Assembly: GCF_004010195.1 (NCBI RefSeq)
Contig: NC_057728.1
Location: 51,399,400-51,463,399, forward strand
Direction: 5' to 3'
Origin: Chiloscyllium plagiosum
Lineage: Eukaryota
Length of the DNA stretch: 64,000 nt
The first letter of the stretch is position 1, and each line of letters begins with the position of its first letter. The notes beneath the pieces were generated by a model that was not told where the DNA came from, searched no databases, and worked only from the letters and a program-made list of their open reading frames with translations. A program made the translations under genes and the position numbers. Positions 1 through 11,290 of the stretch are shown in pieces.

Positions 1-1130
1 AGAAAATCAAAAAGGGGGTGCAAACGCCCACACCCAATATATACATGGTCCACGGACTCCACAGCGCCACAGAACAAGCAGTTGGGCATGGAGTCCGTGA
101 ACCACCGCAATCTGCGGTTGCAGGGGACTGCTGCGTGCAGCACCCTCCACCCCAGATCCCCGAGGGAAAGGGGGAGGACTCCCGCGTAGAGAGCCCTCCA
201 CTGGGGATCCCCACCGCCCGGTGGCAAATGGGCACGCCAAGGCGTGTCCGGACGGTGGATGAGGGAGAAGAGGTGGACGGTGTGCAGCAGCAGTCTGTAC
301 AGGGCTCTCCTGTTCACCTCCCTAAACGAAACAAAGTTAAAATTTCGGAGGCGGCTCAGGTTGTGGGGCACAGGCTCCCGCGGGAAGTACGGGACCTTGG
401 GGCCAATGTGAAATTCCGTCCGGGCTGGGGTGAGCGCGGATGGGATCCCACCGCACACCTGAGCGTCCTCCAACTGGTGTACTACGTCGGGTCCGAGCAC
501 CGCCGTTTTGGGGCGTCGGATGGCGGTGGCCACGTACTGGACGTCTACCGCTGCCCTGCCTGCTATGTCCTGCGGCAGCGTCCAGCCCAGGTCCCCGGCA
601 CGTCCCTGACCCTGGTCACCCTCACCGCCACAGCCCTCCCCTCCGACAGCCAATCGAACCAGTGAGTACGGAGGTGCGGATTCCTGAGCAACGGCTCCCT
701 GACGAGAGGCTCCCAGCCGGAGGGTAGGCTGGGAGGCCCAGGCTCCCAGCCGGAGGGTAGGCGCGACGCGATTCGACTATGTTCCAGACAGTGATCAGGT
801 CCTGGTAAAAGACAGGCAGCGTCTTGAGGGCGACCTCCAAACCGTCACGGTCGACGAACAGGAGCTGCGTGTCGTAGTTGAGGTTACGCACCTGGCGGAA
901 AAAATACGTCGCCAGGTCGCACCACCTAGGAGGAGGCTCGACGTAAAGGTATCGCCGCAAGGTCTGAAGGCGGAACGTCGCGACCTGGGTGCGGACGCAC
1001 ACCAGCGACTGACCGCCCTCCTCAATAGGGAGACTCAGAACCTGCGCGGCAACCCAGTGCATCTTTTTGTCCCAGAAGAAATCGACCAACGTTCTCTGGA
1101 TGTCAGCGACAAAGCCAGGAGGAGGAGGGA
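1..1130 (-). mobile_element. Tx1/L1-clade non-LTR retrotransposon, ORF2 C-terminal part (5'-truncated, continues off the window)
   Basis: FFWDKKMHWVAAQVLSLPIEEGGQSL post-RT motif (622-1089) and CCHC knuckle CLFCGAVESVDHVYIGC near 30-90 on the - strand; GC-rich. Confidence 0.85.
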
Positions 1131-1247
1131 GACACTGCTGTTTATGTCTGTCAGTCAGGGCTTTCTAATTGGACCAGGTTAACAGTCCCAATCAGGGAAC
1201 TCATATTCTATGAGATCTACCTGGCTAACCTCATTCCAATCACTGCA
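1131..1247 (-). mobile_element. Partial copy of solo-LTR-like element
   Basis: Similar to 15760-15866 and to 60406-60470 (the latter in opposite orientation). Confidence 0.55.
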
Positions 1248-1685
1248 GTTAGAACAAGCACTTCAGATCTATCCTTTCACAGTTCACTAAACTTCCAAAT
1301 CACCTGCAAGAATTCAAATGATGCACTCTATTGCCAAATCTAAGTCATTAATATATGTTAACTGACATTGCATTGTCCATTGAATTCCTTCCAGTTCAAA
1401 AACAACATTTCTCCACTTCTGCTTCCTATAACTCAGTCAACTTTGTATCTGTGCTGCCATTGTCCCTTTTATTCTATGGACTTCAACAATGTTGGCAAGT
1501 CTGTTATGTGATACTTTATCAAACACGTTTTGGGAGTCCATATAGATGCATAAAATTTATTACCATTATTGAACATTAAGACAAGTTGTTTAAATTTTGT
1601 GTTTTGAACAAAAATGAAGTACAGCACAGGAACAGGCCCTCAGCCTACCAAGACTGCACTGACACAGAATGCCTTTCTCAACTGT

Positions 1686-2170
1686 GAAACTTGAAAGGGT
1701 TCGGAAAAGATTTACCAGGATGTTGCCAGGGTTGGAGGATTTGAGCTATAGGGAGAGGTTGAATAGGCTAGAACTGTTTTCCCTGGAGCATCGGATGCTA
1801 AGGGGTGACCGTATAGAGGTTTATGAAATCATGAGAGGTACAGATAGGATAAATAGACAAAGACTTTACCCTGGGTTGGGGGAATCCAGAACTAGAGGGT
1901 ATAGGTTTAGGGTGAGAGGGGAAAGATGTAAAAGAGACCTAAGGGGCAACTTTTTCATGCAGAGTGTGGCAAGTGTATGGAATGAGCTGCCAGAGGAAGT
2001 GGTGGAGGCTGGTACAATTGCAACATTTAAAAGACACCTGGATGGGTAGATGAATAGGAAGGGTTTGGAGGGATAATGGGCCAGATGCTGGCAGGTGGGA
2101 CTACATTAGGTTGGGATATCTGGTCAGCTTGGACAAGTTGGACCGACAGGTCTCTATGACTCTATGACTC
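1686..2170 (+). mobile_element. CR1 (HER1-like) LINE 3' end
   Basis: [15 protein letters not shown]...LFSLE..RGD.IEVY C-terminal ORF2 motif; (CTATGACT)n tail. Confidence 0.9.
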
Positions 2171-2174
2171 AACT

Positions 2175-3990
2175 AAGAACCACTTGCCTCTGCACAGTCT
2201 GTATCCTTCCATTCTCTACCTAATTATGTATCTGTTAAGATGCGTCTTAAATGTTGTTATTATATCCGCCTCCAACATCTTCTCTGGCAGTACATTCCAA
2301 ACACTTAACACCCTCTGTGTAAAAATATTTACTTCTCTCATCTTCTTTAAACTTAGCCCCTTTTACCTTAAACCTATGCCTGTTAGTAATTAACATTTCT
2401 ACCATAAAGAAAAAGTCTCCATCTATCCACTCTCATATGCCTTCTGTAACTTTGTGAACTTCTAGCAGCTCACCCCTCAGCCTCTGAAGTTCGAGTGAAA
2501 CAAACTAAGTTTGTCCAATTTCTCCTCATAACTAATACCCTCCAAACCAGGCAACATTCTGGTCAACCACTTCTGTATCCTCTCCAAAGCTCCTTTTGAT
2601 ATGGGGCAACCAGAACTGTGTGAAATATTCCAGATGTGGACTAACTAAAGTTCTATACAGCTGCAACATGACTTGCCAATTGTTATGCTCAATGGCCCGA
2701 CTAATGAAGATAAGCATTCCATTGTGCCTTCTTGACCACCTTAGCTGCTTGTATTGTCACTTTCAGAGAACTGTGGACCTGTATGATTAGATCCCTCTGC
2801 ATGTTGATGCTGCTAAAGGTTCTGCCATTGACCATATACCTCTCTCCTGTTTCAAATTTTCCAAAGTGCATAATTTCATATTTATCTGGATTAAGCTCCA
2901 TCTGCCATTTCTCCACTAAGTCTCCAACCTACATATATCTTACTGTATTCTCTGACAAACCCCTTTACTATCCACAGCTCTGCTAACTTGTGTCATCTAC
3001 ATACTTATTAATCAGGCCACCTACAATCTACGTCAAATCATTTAAATATATTACACATAACAGGGATCCCATCACTGATCCCTGCAAAACAGCACTGGTC
3101 ACAGATCTCCAGTCAGAAAATCACCCTTGCATCATTACTCTCTGTCTTCTATGACTAAGCCAGCTCTGTATCTATCTTACCAGCTCACTGCGGATCCCAT
3201 TTGACTTCCCCTTCTGTATCAGCCTGCCATAATGGACCTTGTCAAAGGCTTGCTAAAGTCCATATGGACAACATCCACACCCTGACCTTAACAGTCATCT
3301 TTGTCACTTCCTCAAGGAACTCAAACAAGTTTGTGAGACATGACCTTCCCTACACAAAGCTGCGCTGCCTGTCATTAATAGGTCAATTTTTTCCAAATGT
3401 GGGTAAAACCCGTCTCAAAGAATCTTCTCCAATAATTTCTCTACTGTTGGTGTATGTCTCACCAGCCTATAATTTCCTGTATTATTCATGTTGCCCTTCA
3501 GCTAGCTATTCTTCAGTCCTCTGGAATGCTTTCCAAAAATACCCTACACCTCCTCCTTTTTCATTTTGACTTGCTCGAGAATATCCTTCCTGAAACTCAC
3601 CATCCACCATGTCCTTCTCCTTTGTGAATACTGATGCACAGTATCCTTTAATGACTTCACCCACTTTCTCTGGCTCCACACACAAATTCCCTCCTTTGTC
3701 CTTGAATGGACCCACCCTTTCCCTAGCTACCCTCTTGCTCCTTAAATAGGAAAGAAACGCCTTGGAATTGTATGCCAAAAGACATTTCTTGGCCCCTTTT
3801 AGCCCTCCTACTTCCTTGTTTAAGTTCTTTCCAGCTATCTTTGTATTCTTCCAGGGTTCAATCTGTCTTCAGTTTCCAAAACCTTGCAGACCTCTTTTTT
3901 CTTTTTGAATGAGCTTTCAATTTCTCTTGTCATTCAAGGTTTCCAAATCTTGTCGTCCTTATCTTTAATTTTCACAGGAACGTGCTGGTC
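2175..3990 (-). mobile_element. Decayed CR1 LINE
   Basis: Frameshifted RT/tether fragments (WQMELNPDK, LYRTLVSPHLEY, KRVARERVGP). Confidence 0.85.
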
Positions 3991-4002
3991 CTGAACACCA
4001 AT

Positions 4003-4740
4003 CATAGAGTCATAGAGATGTACAGCATGGAAACAGACCCTTCGGTCCCAGCCGTCCATGCCAACCAGATATCCCAACCCAATCTAGTCCCACCTGCCAG
4101 CATCCTGCCCATATCCAAACTCTTCCTATTCATATACCCATCCAAATGCCTTTTAAATGTTGCAATTGTACCAGCCTCCACCACTTCCTCTGGCAGTGGA
4201 TGTGCAGGTAAAACTTTGATGGATGTGGAAAGCTCCTTTGGGGCCTTGGATGGAGGTGCAATATCCCAACAGTGGCCTAACCAATGTCTTGTATAGCCAC
4301 AACATGACCTCCCAACTCTTGTGTTGCTGGAAAAGCGCAGCAGGTCAGGCAGCATCCAAGGAACAGGAGAATCGACGTTTCCTGAAGAAGAGCTTATGCC
4401 CGAAACGTCGATTCTCCTGTTCCTTGGATGCTGCCTGACCTGCTGCGCTTTTCCAGCAACACATTTTCAGCTCTGATCTCCAGCATCTGCAGCCCTCACT
4501 TTCTCTACCAACTCTTGTACCCAATACTCTGACCAATAAAGGAAAGCATACCAAATGCCTTCTTCACTATCTTATCTACCTGCGACTCCACTTTCAAGGA
4601 GCTATGAACCTACACTCCAAGGCTTTGTTCAGCAACACTACCTAGGACCTTACCATTAAGTGTATAAGTCCTGCTAAGATTTGCTTTCCCAAAATGCGGC
4701 ACCTCGCATTTATCTGAATTAGCCTCCCTCTCAGCCCATT
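4003..4740 (-). mobile_element. CR1 LINE 3' end, internally deleted and interrupted by a palindromic insert
   Basis: Same family as 1686-2170 and 26835-27417. Confidence 0.88.
4320..4507 (+). mobile_element. Penelope-derived palindromic mini-element with hammerhead core
   Basis: Perfect 62-bp inverted arms (4320-4381 and 4402-4463); CTGAAGA...GAAACGTC; flanking duplication CCAACTCTTGT. Confidence 0.8.
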
Positions 4741-5759
4741 CAACTGGCTTTTAAAAGTTTCCCAGATGCCAGATGTGGAGTTACGCTCAAGCACCCACCC
4801 CCAAACTACATTCCCCAGTTCCTGTTTTTGAAACTACTTGCTGTTTTGCTTTAGCAGCTTTGAGAGCAGGGTAAAACTGTCCAGTTGTCTTTATTTCATA
4901 AGAAATAATATAGCAGTGATACCTTATAGTATGCATATAACTTTAAGTTTTGTCCTTTGAATTGTTTAGATACAGGAGATCCCTTTTCCATTTATAGTCT
5001 TGTGAAAGTATCATAAACATTGTTTCCAGATGACTTTGGGTCCAATCTAATTGAAACATCCAGCTGTTTCTCCCAGAGGAATCAAGTTTCAGTATCCAAC
5101 TCAAACCTGAGATGAGCCTAGAGAATGTTTTTTACTATTTCACAACATCTCTGCCTTTCCCCAGTTCAGCCGACCTTGTTCTAAGCATTTCTCACCTCAA
5201 ACATCTGTCTGTCAAATGTGATTTTCCCCACCTCCACCAATTACAATGTTGTGCCATATCCAAATTTGCTGATGACACAAAGATAAGTAGTGTTGTAAGC
5301 AATGTAGACGGAAGCATAATATTACAAAGAGATATTGAGGGAATAGGCAAAACTGTGGGAAGTGGATTTCAGCGTAAGCAAATATGTGACCATCCACTCT
5401 GGACCTAAAAAAAGAACAGGATACTTTCCAAATGATGATAAAGTAGAAACGTTAAAGGTCCGAAGCGGTTTGTAAGTTCAACAATCAAAAACAATTTCAA
5501 AAAGGCCATGAACAGTTGCAGAGAATAATTTAAAAATTAATGAGTTTGCTCATGCTTGCACTAACAACCAGTTTAAGATAATCCGTCAAACTTGTAATGT
5601 GGCTAATTCATGTTTGCTAGAAGAGACATACAATCACAGGCAGGGACCTGTAAATTCAAGGAATATTTTCAACACAAACTGAAATTACTGGAGAAACTGA
5701 ACTGATTTGAACCACCCCAGAGCTTGCGGAGCCTGTACTTTCATATTGCTTTCTGCATG

Positions 5760-5910
5760 GTAACACCTCGGCCAATCTTGACTTTCCAACTAATCAGCAT
5801 TCTTTTCCCCATAGCAAAAGTTGTGATTATTTGAAATTTGACATTTTCATGTTTGTCCTGATAAATGCAAGATGAAAAGCTTCAGCAACATGTCTATTTG
5901 TTCAGTAAAT
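5760..5910 (+). mobile_element. Decayed short repeat with hammerhead-like core (family C); other copies near 9630-9780 (-), 10700-10760 and 56260-56365
   Basis: TTGTC CTGAT(G/A)A (G/A)TGCA(A/G)GAT GAAAAGCTTC pattern recurs. Confidence 0.55.
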
Positions 5911-8276
5911 AGCAAATGGAAAGCTGACCTTAATATCTAGAATAATAGAATACAAAGGGATAAAATTTGTGCATCGGATGCGGAAAGTCATGTAGAGTAA
6001 TATGTGCAGTTCTAGGCATCACAGATTCAAAGGGGTAGATTGGTTCTGGAGGGAATGGGACAAAATACTTATACAATATTCACATTCCAAGTGGTAAATT
6101 CTAAGATACAATTATTCAAACAAAGGTGTATTTCCTGGAATTTACAAGCTTAAGAAGTGATACAATATTACAAAGAACAGATAGTGTAGACAAAGAGAAA
6201 CTATTACCACTAGCTGACAAGTCGAGAACCATGGAATGTTCCCTGATACTAGAGCTAAGTTTTTCAAGAGTGAAATTAGAAAATAACACAAGGATGGAAA
6301 TTTGGAACTGTCTTCTGCAAATGGTAATTGGTGCTCAATCAAATGTTAATTTTAAATTTGGGTTTGATAGATATTTGTTAACCAAAATTGTTAAGATATA
6401 TGTAGCAACAGGTTTTATTATAGATCAGCACAACCTCACTGAATAGCTGAACAAGCACAATGAGCTAGGTGGCCTCCCTTTTTTGATTTTCAGACATTGT
6501 GCTGTAAAGCACTTTGGGACTGAACGAAAATTGTTATACAAAATGCAAGTTAGTTGTTTAATATGGAAATGGATATTCCTCTGTTGAAAAGCTGGGTGTC
6601 TTGCTGGGCAGGTACATGTGAATTCTGAATAGTTACATCAATGATCCCTACACAAAGCATTTGTATAAAATTTAGAAACACAAAATCTTCATCCTTTTGA
6701 TTTGCTTTAGGAGTTTCACTGAGTAATGATACATTACAGTGACCCCATGCTATCTATGACATTCAAAATGGTGAAGAATTGTCATGAAATTTGAGAAGCT
6801 GCTCTGCCATCTGTTGTAATTATCACAATAAACTTGATTGATTATTGCAACTTTTCATTTAACACTTTTTCTGCTTAAGATAAATGACGTTTCAGTTGGC
6901 CCTTGCAAAGGTATAAATATTTCTCCAAGGAATATGAGGTAGTTAAAATGAATAACATGAAGATAGATTTCAGGGTCATTTTCCAAATAATACCTAAGGA
7001 ATTACAATTTACATGTTGATAAGACATGAACAGGAATCATAGATTGTTTTAAGAGCTATACTTGCTTATCTTTTAAAACTGTGCTGGAAATAAAGCATTG
7101 CTGCCACCGATCACATGATACAAGTTGACTACAATTCTGGAAAGTGTCAACCAGCATTTACAGGACAGAGCTTAAAAATCATCCTTCTGAAATCTCGTTT
7201 CCCTCCATTGTGTAGACCTATAGTCAAGAAACACAAATGAACAGCAGAAATTTCCTTTTTAGGGCCGGTAACAAACAGGCTATTGAAACACATTATGCTT
7301 GTGAAGGCGGAAACAGCCTACCATCAAAGGAGGTTTATTAGATTGATACCTGGAATGTGTAGCTTTTATGAGGATACGTTGGACAGGCTTTATTTATTTC
7401 CCTTCGAGTTTAGAAGAGTGAGGGGTAAGCTTATGAGATCCCTAATGGTTTTGACAAGGTCAATATGGAAAGGACATTTCCTCCCATTGAACCGTCGAGA
7501 ACTATAGAGCACTGGTTGAAATACAGGTTGCCCTTTTTAGTACAAAGATGAGGAGAAATGTTTTTTTCTTAGAGGGTTATGCAACTTTGGAAATCTTTGC
7601 CTCAGATGGAAGTGGAAATGGGGTCATTTAAAATTTTTAAGACAGAGGTAAAAGATATTTAGTAGACAAGGGAATAATAAGTTACCAGAGTAAATGGGAA
7701 TGTGGTGCTTGAAACACAAACAAACCCGCAATGATCTTATTGAGTGGCAGTGCAGGCTTGAGGGGGCATAGATCTACCTCTGCTGCAATTTCATATGTTC
7801 AATTGTACATATGTTCATTGCTATCTCACACAATAGTGAATGTTTTTTTGACTAAAGCATAGAAAACCTGTCTCATTAAGACCATAAGATTTAGGAACAA
7901 AAGAAGGCTCTTCAGCCCATCAAGTCCCCTCTGCAATTCAATGAGATTGTGGCTCATCTGATAATCCTCAAGTCACTTTCCTGCTTCATCCTCATAACCC
8001 TTTATTTACTTAATTTTTAGAAATCAGTCAATATCAGTCTCAAATATATGTAATGACCAAATCTCAAGAATCCTTTGTGGTAGAGGATTCCACAGATTCA
8101 CCAGCCTCTGACAGAAAAAATCCTCCTCATCGCTATCTTAAATGGATGACTATTTACTCTGAGATTACAACTTCCAATCCTAGACTCATGCACAAGATGA
8201 AACAAACGGTCCAAATCTACCTTGCCAAACCTTCAATGTTTTAATAAGGTTGCCTCTTATTAGATTCTATTTTTTA

Positions 8277-8557
8277 AGATTAGATTATCTACAGTGTGGA
8301 AACAGGCCCTTCAGCCCAACAAGTCCACACCGACCCTTCGAAGAGGAACCCACCCAGTCCCATTTTCCCTCTGACTAATGCACCAAACACTATGGGCAAT
8401 TTAGCATGGCCAATTCACCTGGCCTGCACGGGGAAACCCACGCAGACACGGGGAAAATGTGCAAACTCCACACAGACAGTCGCCCGAGGCCAGAATCGAC
8501 CCTGGGACCCTGGTGCTGTGAAGCAGCAGTGCTAACCACTGAGCCACCGTGCTGCCC
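8277..8557 (-). mobile_element. HE1-type tRNA-derived shark SINE
   Basis: tRNA-like A/B-box head, CR1-like tail, (TAATC)n end. Confidence 0.88.
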
Positions 8558-8640
8558 TATCTTCAAAATACAAATGGATAAAAATAATTCAAATTAGACT
8601 TACATTTTATTGTCACATGTACTCAAGTACAGGGATATAG

Positions 8641-8730
8641 TTCCTGAAGAAGGGCTTATGCCCGAAACGTCGATTCTCCTGTTTCCTGGATGCTGCCTGA
8701 CCTGCTGCGCTTTTCCAGCAACACATTTTC
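8641..8730 (+). mobile_element. 90-bp hammerhead-containing insertion with 15-bp TSD
   Basis: AGTACAGGGATATAG at 8626-8640 and 8731-8745; CTGAAGA A GGGC TTAT GCCC GAAAC GTC. Confidence 0.85.
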
Positions 8731-9814
8731 AGTACAGGGATATAGGAGTACAGTGAAAAGTTTACAATGTTGCCATTGTACAGGTACCTAGGTACAAAAT
8801 CTTAGATAAAAAAAAGGATTAAAACCAAATCTACTTGCAGAATGACCCCTATCTATCTCCTAAGATGAACAATGAATCTTTGCCAGATGGATAGAAACAA
8901 ATTTATAAGATGAAACTGATTCTTTAACGAGCCTGTCATATTACGAAAACTCTACTGGTCTCTGAAAGTCTTAACTGCACAATTACAAAGCTTTGCTTTG
9001 CTCAACCTCCTTGGGATCTACCCACTCACAGGTTAACACCATAGCTAGAATCCAGGTAAATATCTAAGGCTGCATCTAATGCTTCTTCAGAACTGAAGAA
9101 GGGTCACTGGACCCAAAACATTAACTATGCTTTCTCTCCACAGAAACTGCCGTACCTGCCAAGTTTTTTTGAGCAATTTATTGTTTCTGATTTCCATATC
9201 TGCAGTTATAAAGTCATAGAGATGTACAGCATGGAAACAGACCTTTCGGTTCAACATGTCCATGCTGACCAGACATCACAGATTCTACCAGACCTGCTGA
9301 GTTTCTTCAGTTATTTCTGTTTCTGTTTCAAAGTCCTCAGGCTTGGGGGAAACACACCACATTGTGTTTCAAGAGAGAGAAAAACAAAATTCTAGCCAAC
9401 AGATGGAAGTCAAGAAAAATCAGAGCTCAATTTACTTCTCTCCTCTATAGGAGAAAGTGAGGACTGCAGATGTTGGAGATCAGTCGAAAAGTATGGCACC
9501 GAAAAGCACAGCAGGTCAGGCAGCATCTGAGGAGCAGGAGAATCAATGTTTCAGGCATAAGCCAGTCTCCCTTCTGTAGGTAACACCTTTACTGACAGTG
9601 GTTCAGTAATGCAGAACTTCAGTATTGCTGAAAACAGGCACATTATTGTGGTTTTCATCTTGCCTTCATTAGGATAAACAAAATAATTCCAACTTTCAAA
9701 CAATCAATGCAATTTATACAATGGGAGAAAAGGAAGTTGATTAGTTGATCAGCTGATCTGATTAGCTGAGGTGTTCCCTATTGATTAAGTTGTTGTGATC
9801 AGTTGAAATTTTTG

Positions 9815-10700
9815 TTTTATTCATTGGTGGATTTGAGTGTCATTTGCTGGCCAGCATTTATTGCCCATCCCTACTTGGCCCTGCGAAGTGATAGTGAGCT
9901 GCCTTCTTGAGCTGCTGCAGTCCATCTGCTGTGACCTGACCCCCAATGCCATTAAGGACAGAATTTCAGGATTTTGACCCAGTGACCGGGAGAGAATAAT
10001 GATATATTTCCAACTCAGGATGGTGAGTGGCTTGGAGGGGAACTTGAAGGTGGTAGTGTTCCTATGTATCTGCTCCTTTGTCCTTCTGTATGATAGTGAT
10101 TGTGAGTTTGTAAGGTGATGTTTGAGGATCTTTAGTGAATTTCTGCCACACATCTTGTACATAGTTGTGACTTGCAGGCACAATTGCTACTGAGTGTCAG
10201 TGGAGGAGGATAGATGTTTGTGGATGCCATGCCAATCAAATGGGTTGCTTTTTCCTGGATGGTGTCAAGCTTCTCAAGTGTTGTTGGAGCTGCACTAATC
10301 CAGGCAGGTGGGGAGTATTCCAAGACACTCCGAACTTTTGCCTTGTGGATAGTGGCCAGGCTTTGGGAAGTCAGAATGTGAATTACTCACGACAGTATTC
10401 CTCACCTCTGACCTCTTGGAGTCACTGTGTTTATTTGGTGAGTCCAGTTGAATTTCTGGTCAATGATCTTGATGTCAAGGGTTGTCATTCTCACCTCACC
10501 TTTGGAACTCAGCTCTTTTCACCATGTTTGAACCAAGGCTGTAATGAGGTCAGGAGCTGAGTGGCTCTGATGGAACCTAAACTTAGTGCTGCTTGATAGC
10601 ATTGTTGATGACACCTTCCATCACTATACTGATCAAGAGTGGACTGATGGGGTAATTGGCTGGGTTGGATTTGCCCCACTTTTTTTGTAAAGGACATACC
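9815..10700 (-). mobile_element. CR1/L2-group LINE 3' fragment
   Basis: MEYSPPAW..AAPTTLEKLDTIQ motif; 3' end GGGCAATAAATGCTGGCC. Confidence 0.8.
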
Positions 10701-11064
10701 TTGTATTTGTCCTGATGAGTGCAGGATAAAAAGCTTCAGTGATATGTCTATTTATTGTATTCACTTTTACATTTGGAGGATTATTTGGGCCAGAGATACT
10801 TTAACCCTAGTCCATATTAATGGCATTAAAAGCGTATGTTCTGCATATTGTGCTATGGGATCATTTAAATCAAACTGAAATGAGCAAGGACCTCTTTTTT
10901 TTATTGTAAACTTCCTTTCCCAGATCTTACTGGCAGGCTGAACTTTCGCACAACCTAAAACAGTTACACAGAAGAGCAACACTACTGCTGCCTCCTCAGA
11001 ATATGGCTCATATATTTGCATTGATTGTGTTGATAAACCAGCCTCCAACCTAATTTATTTTTCT

Positions 11065-11290
11065 GTCATGGGAATATGGGAGGGAATCACCAGGAAGGCC
11101 AGCATTTGTTGCTCATTCTAATTGCCCTTGAACTGAATGGCTCGCTCGGCCATTTCAATCATGCTATTGTTGTCTGGAGTCACATGCAAACCAGACCATG
11201 TAAGAATGGCAGATTTCCTTCTCTAATAGTGATTAGAGAATCATATGGGTTTTAAACAACCACTGAGAGTACTTTCGTGGCCACCATCTC
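11065..11290 (-). mobile_element. SacSINE1/Deu-SINE-like fragment
   Basis: Same family as 19057-19322, 46725-46925 and 58170-58480. Confidence 0.65.

Noticed and set aside
18..665. 215-aa + strand ORF and overlapping ORFs
   Set aside because: Antisense shadow of the GC-rich Tx1 element, with no recognisable domain.
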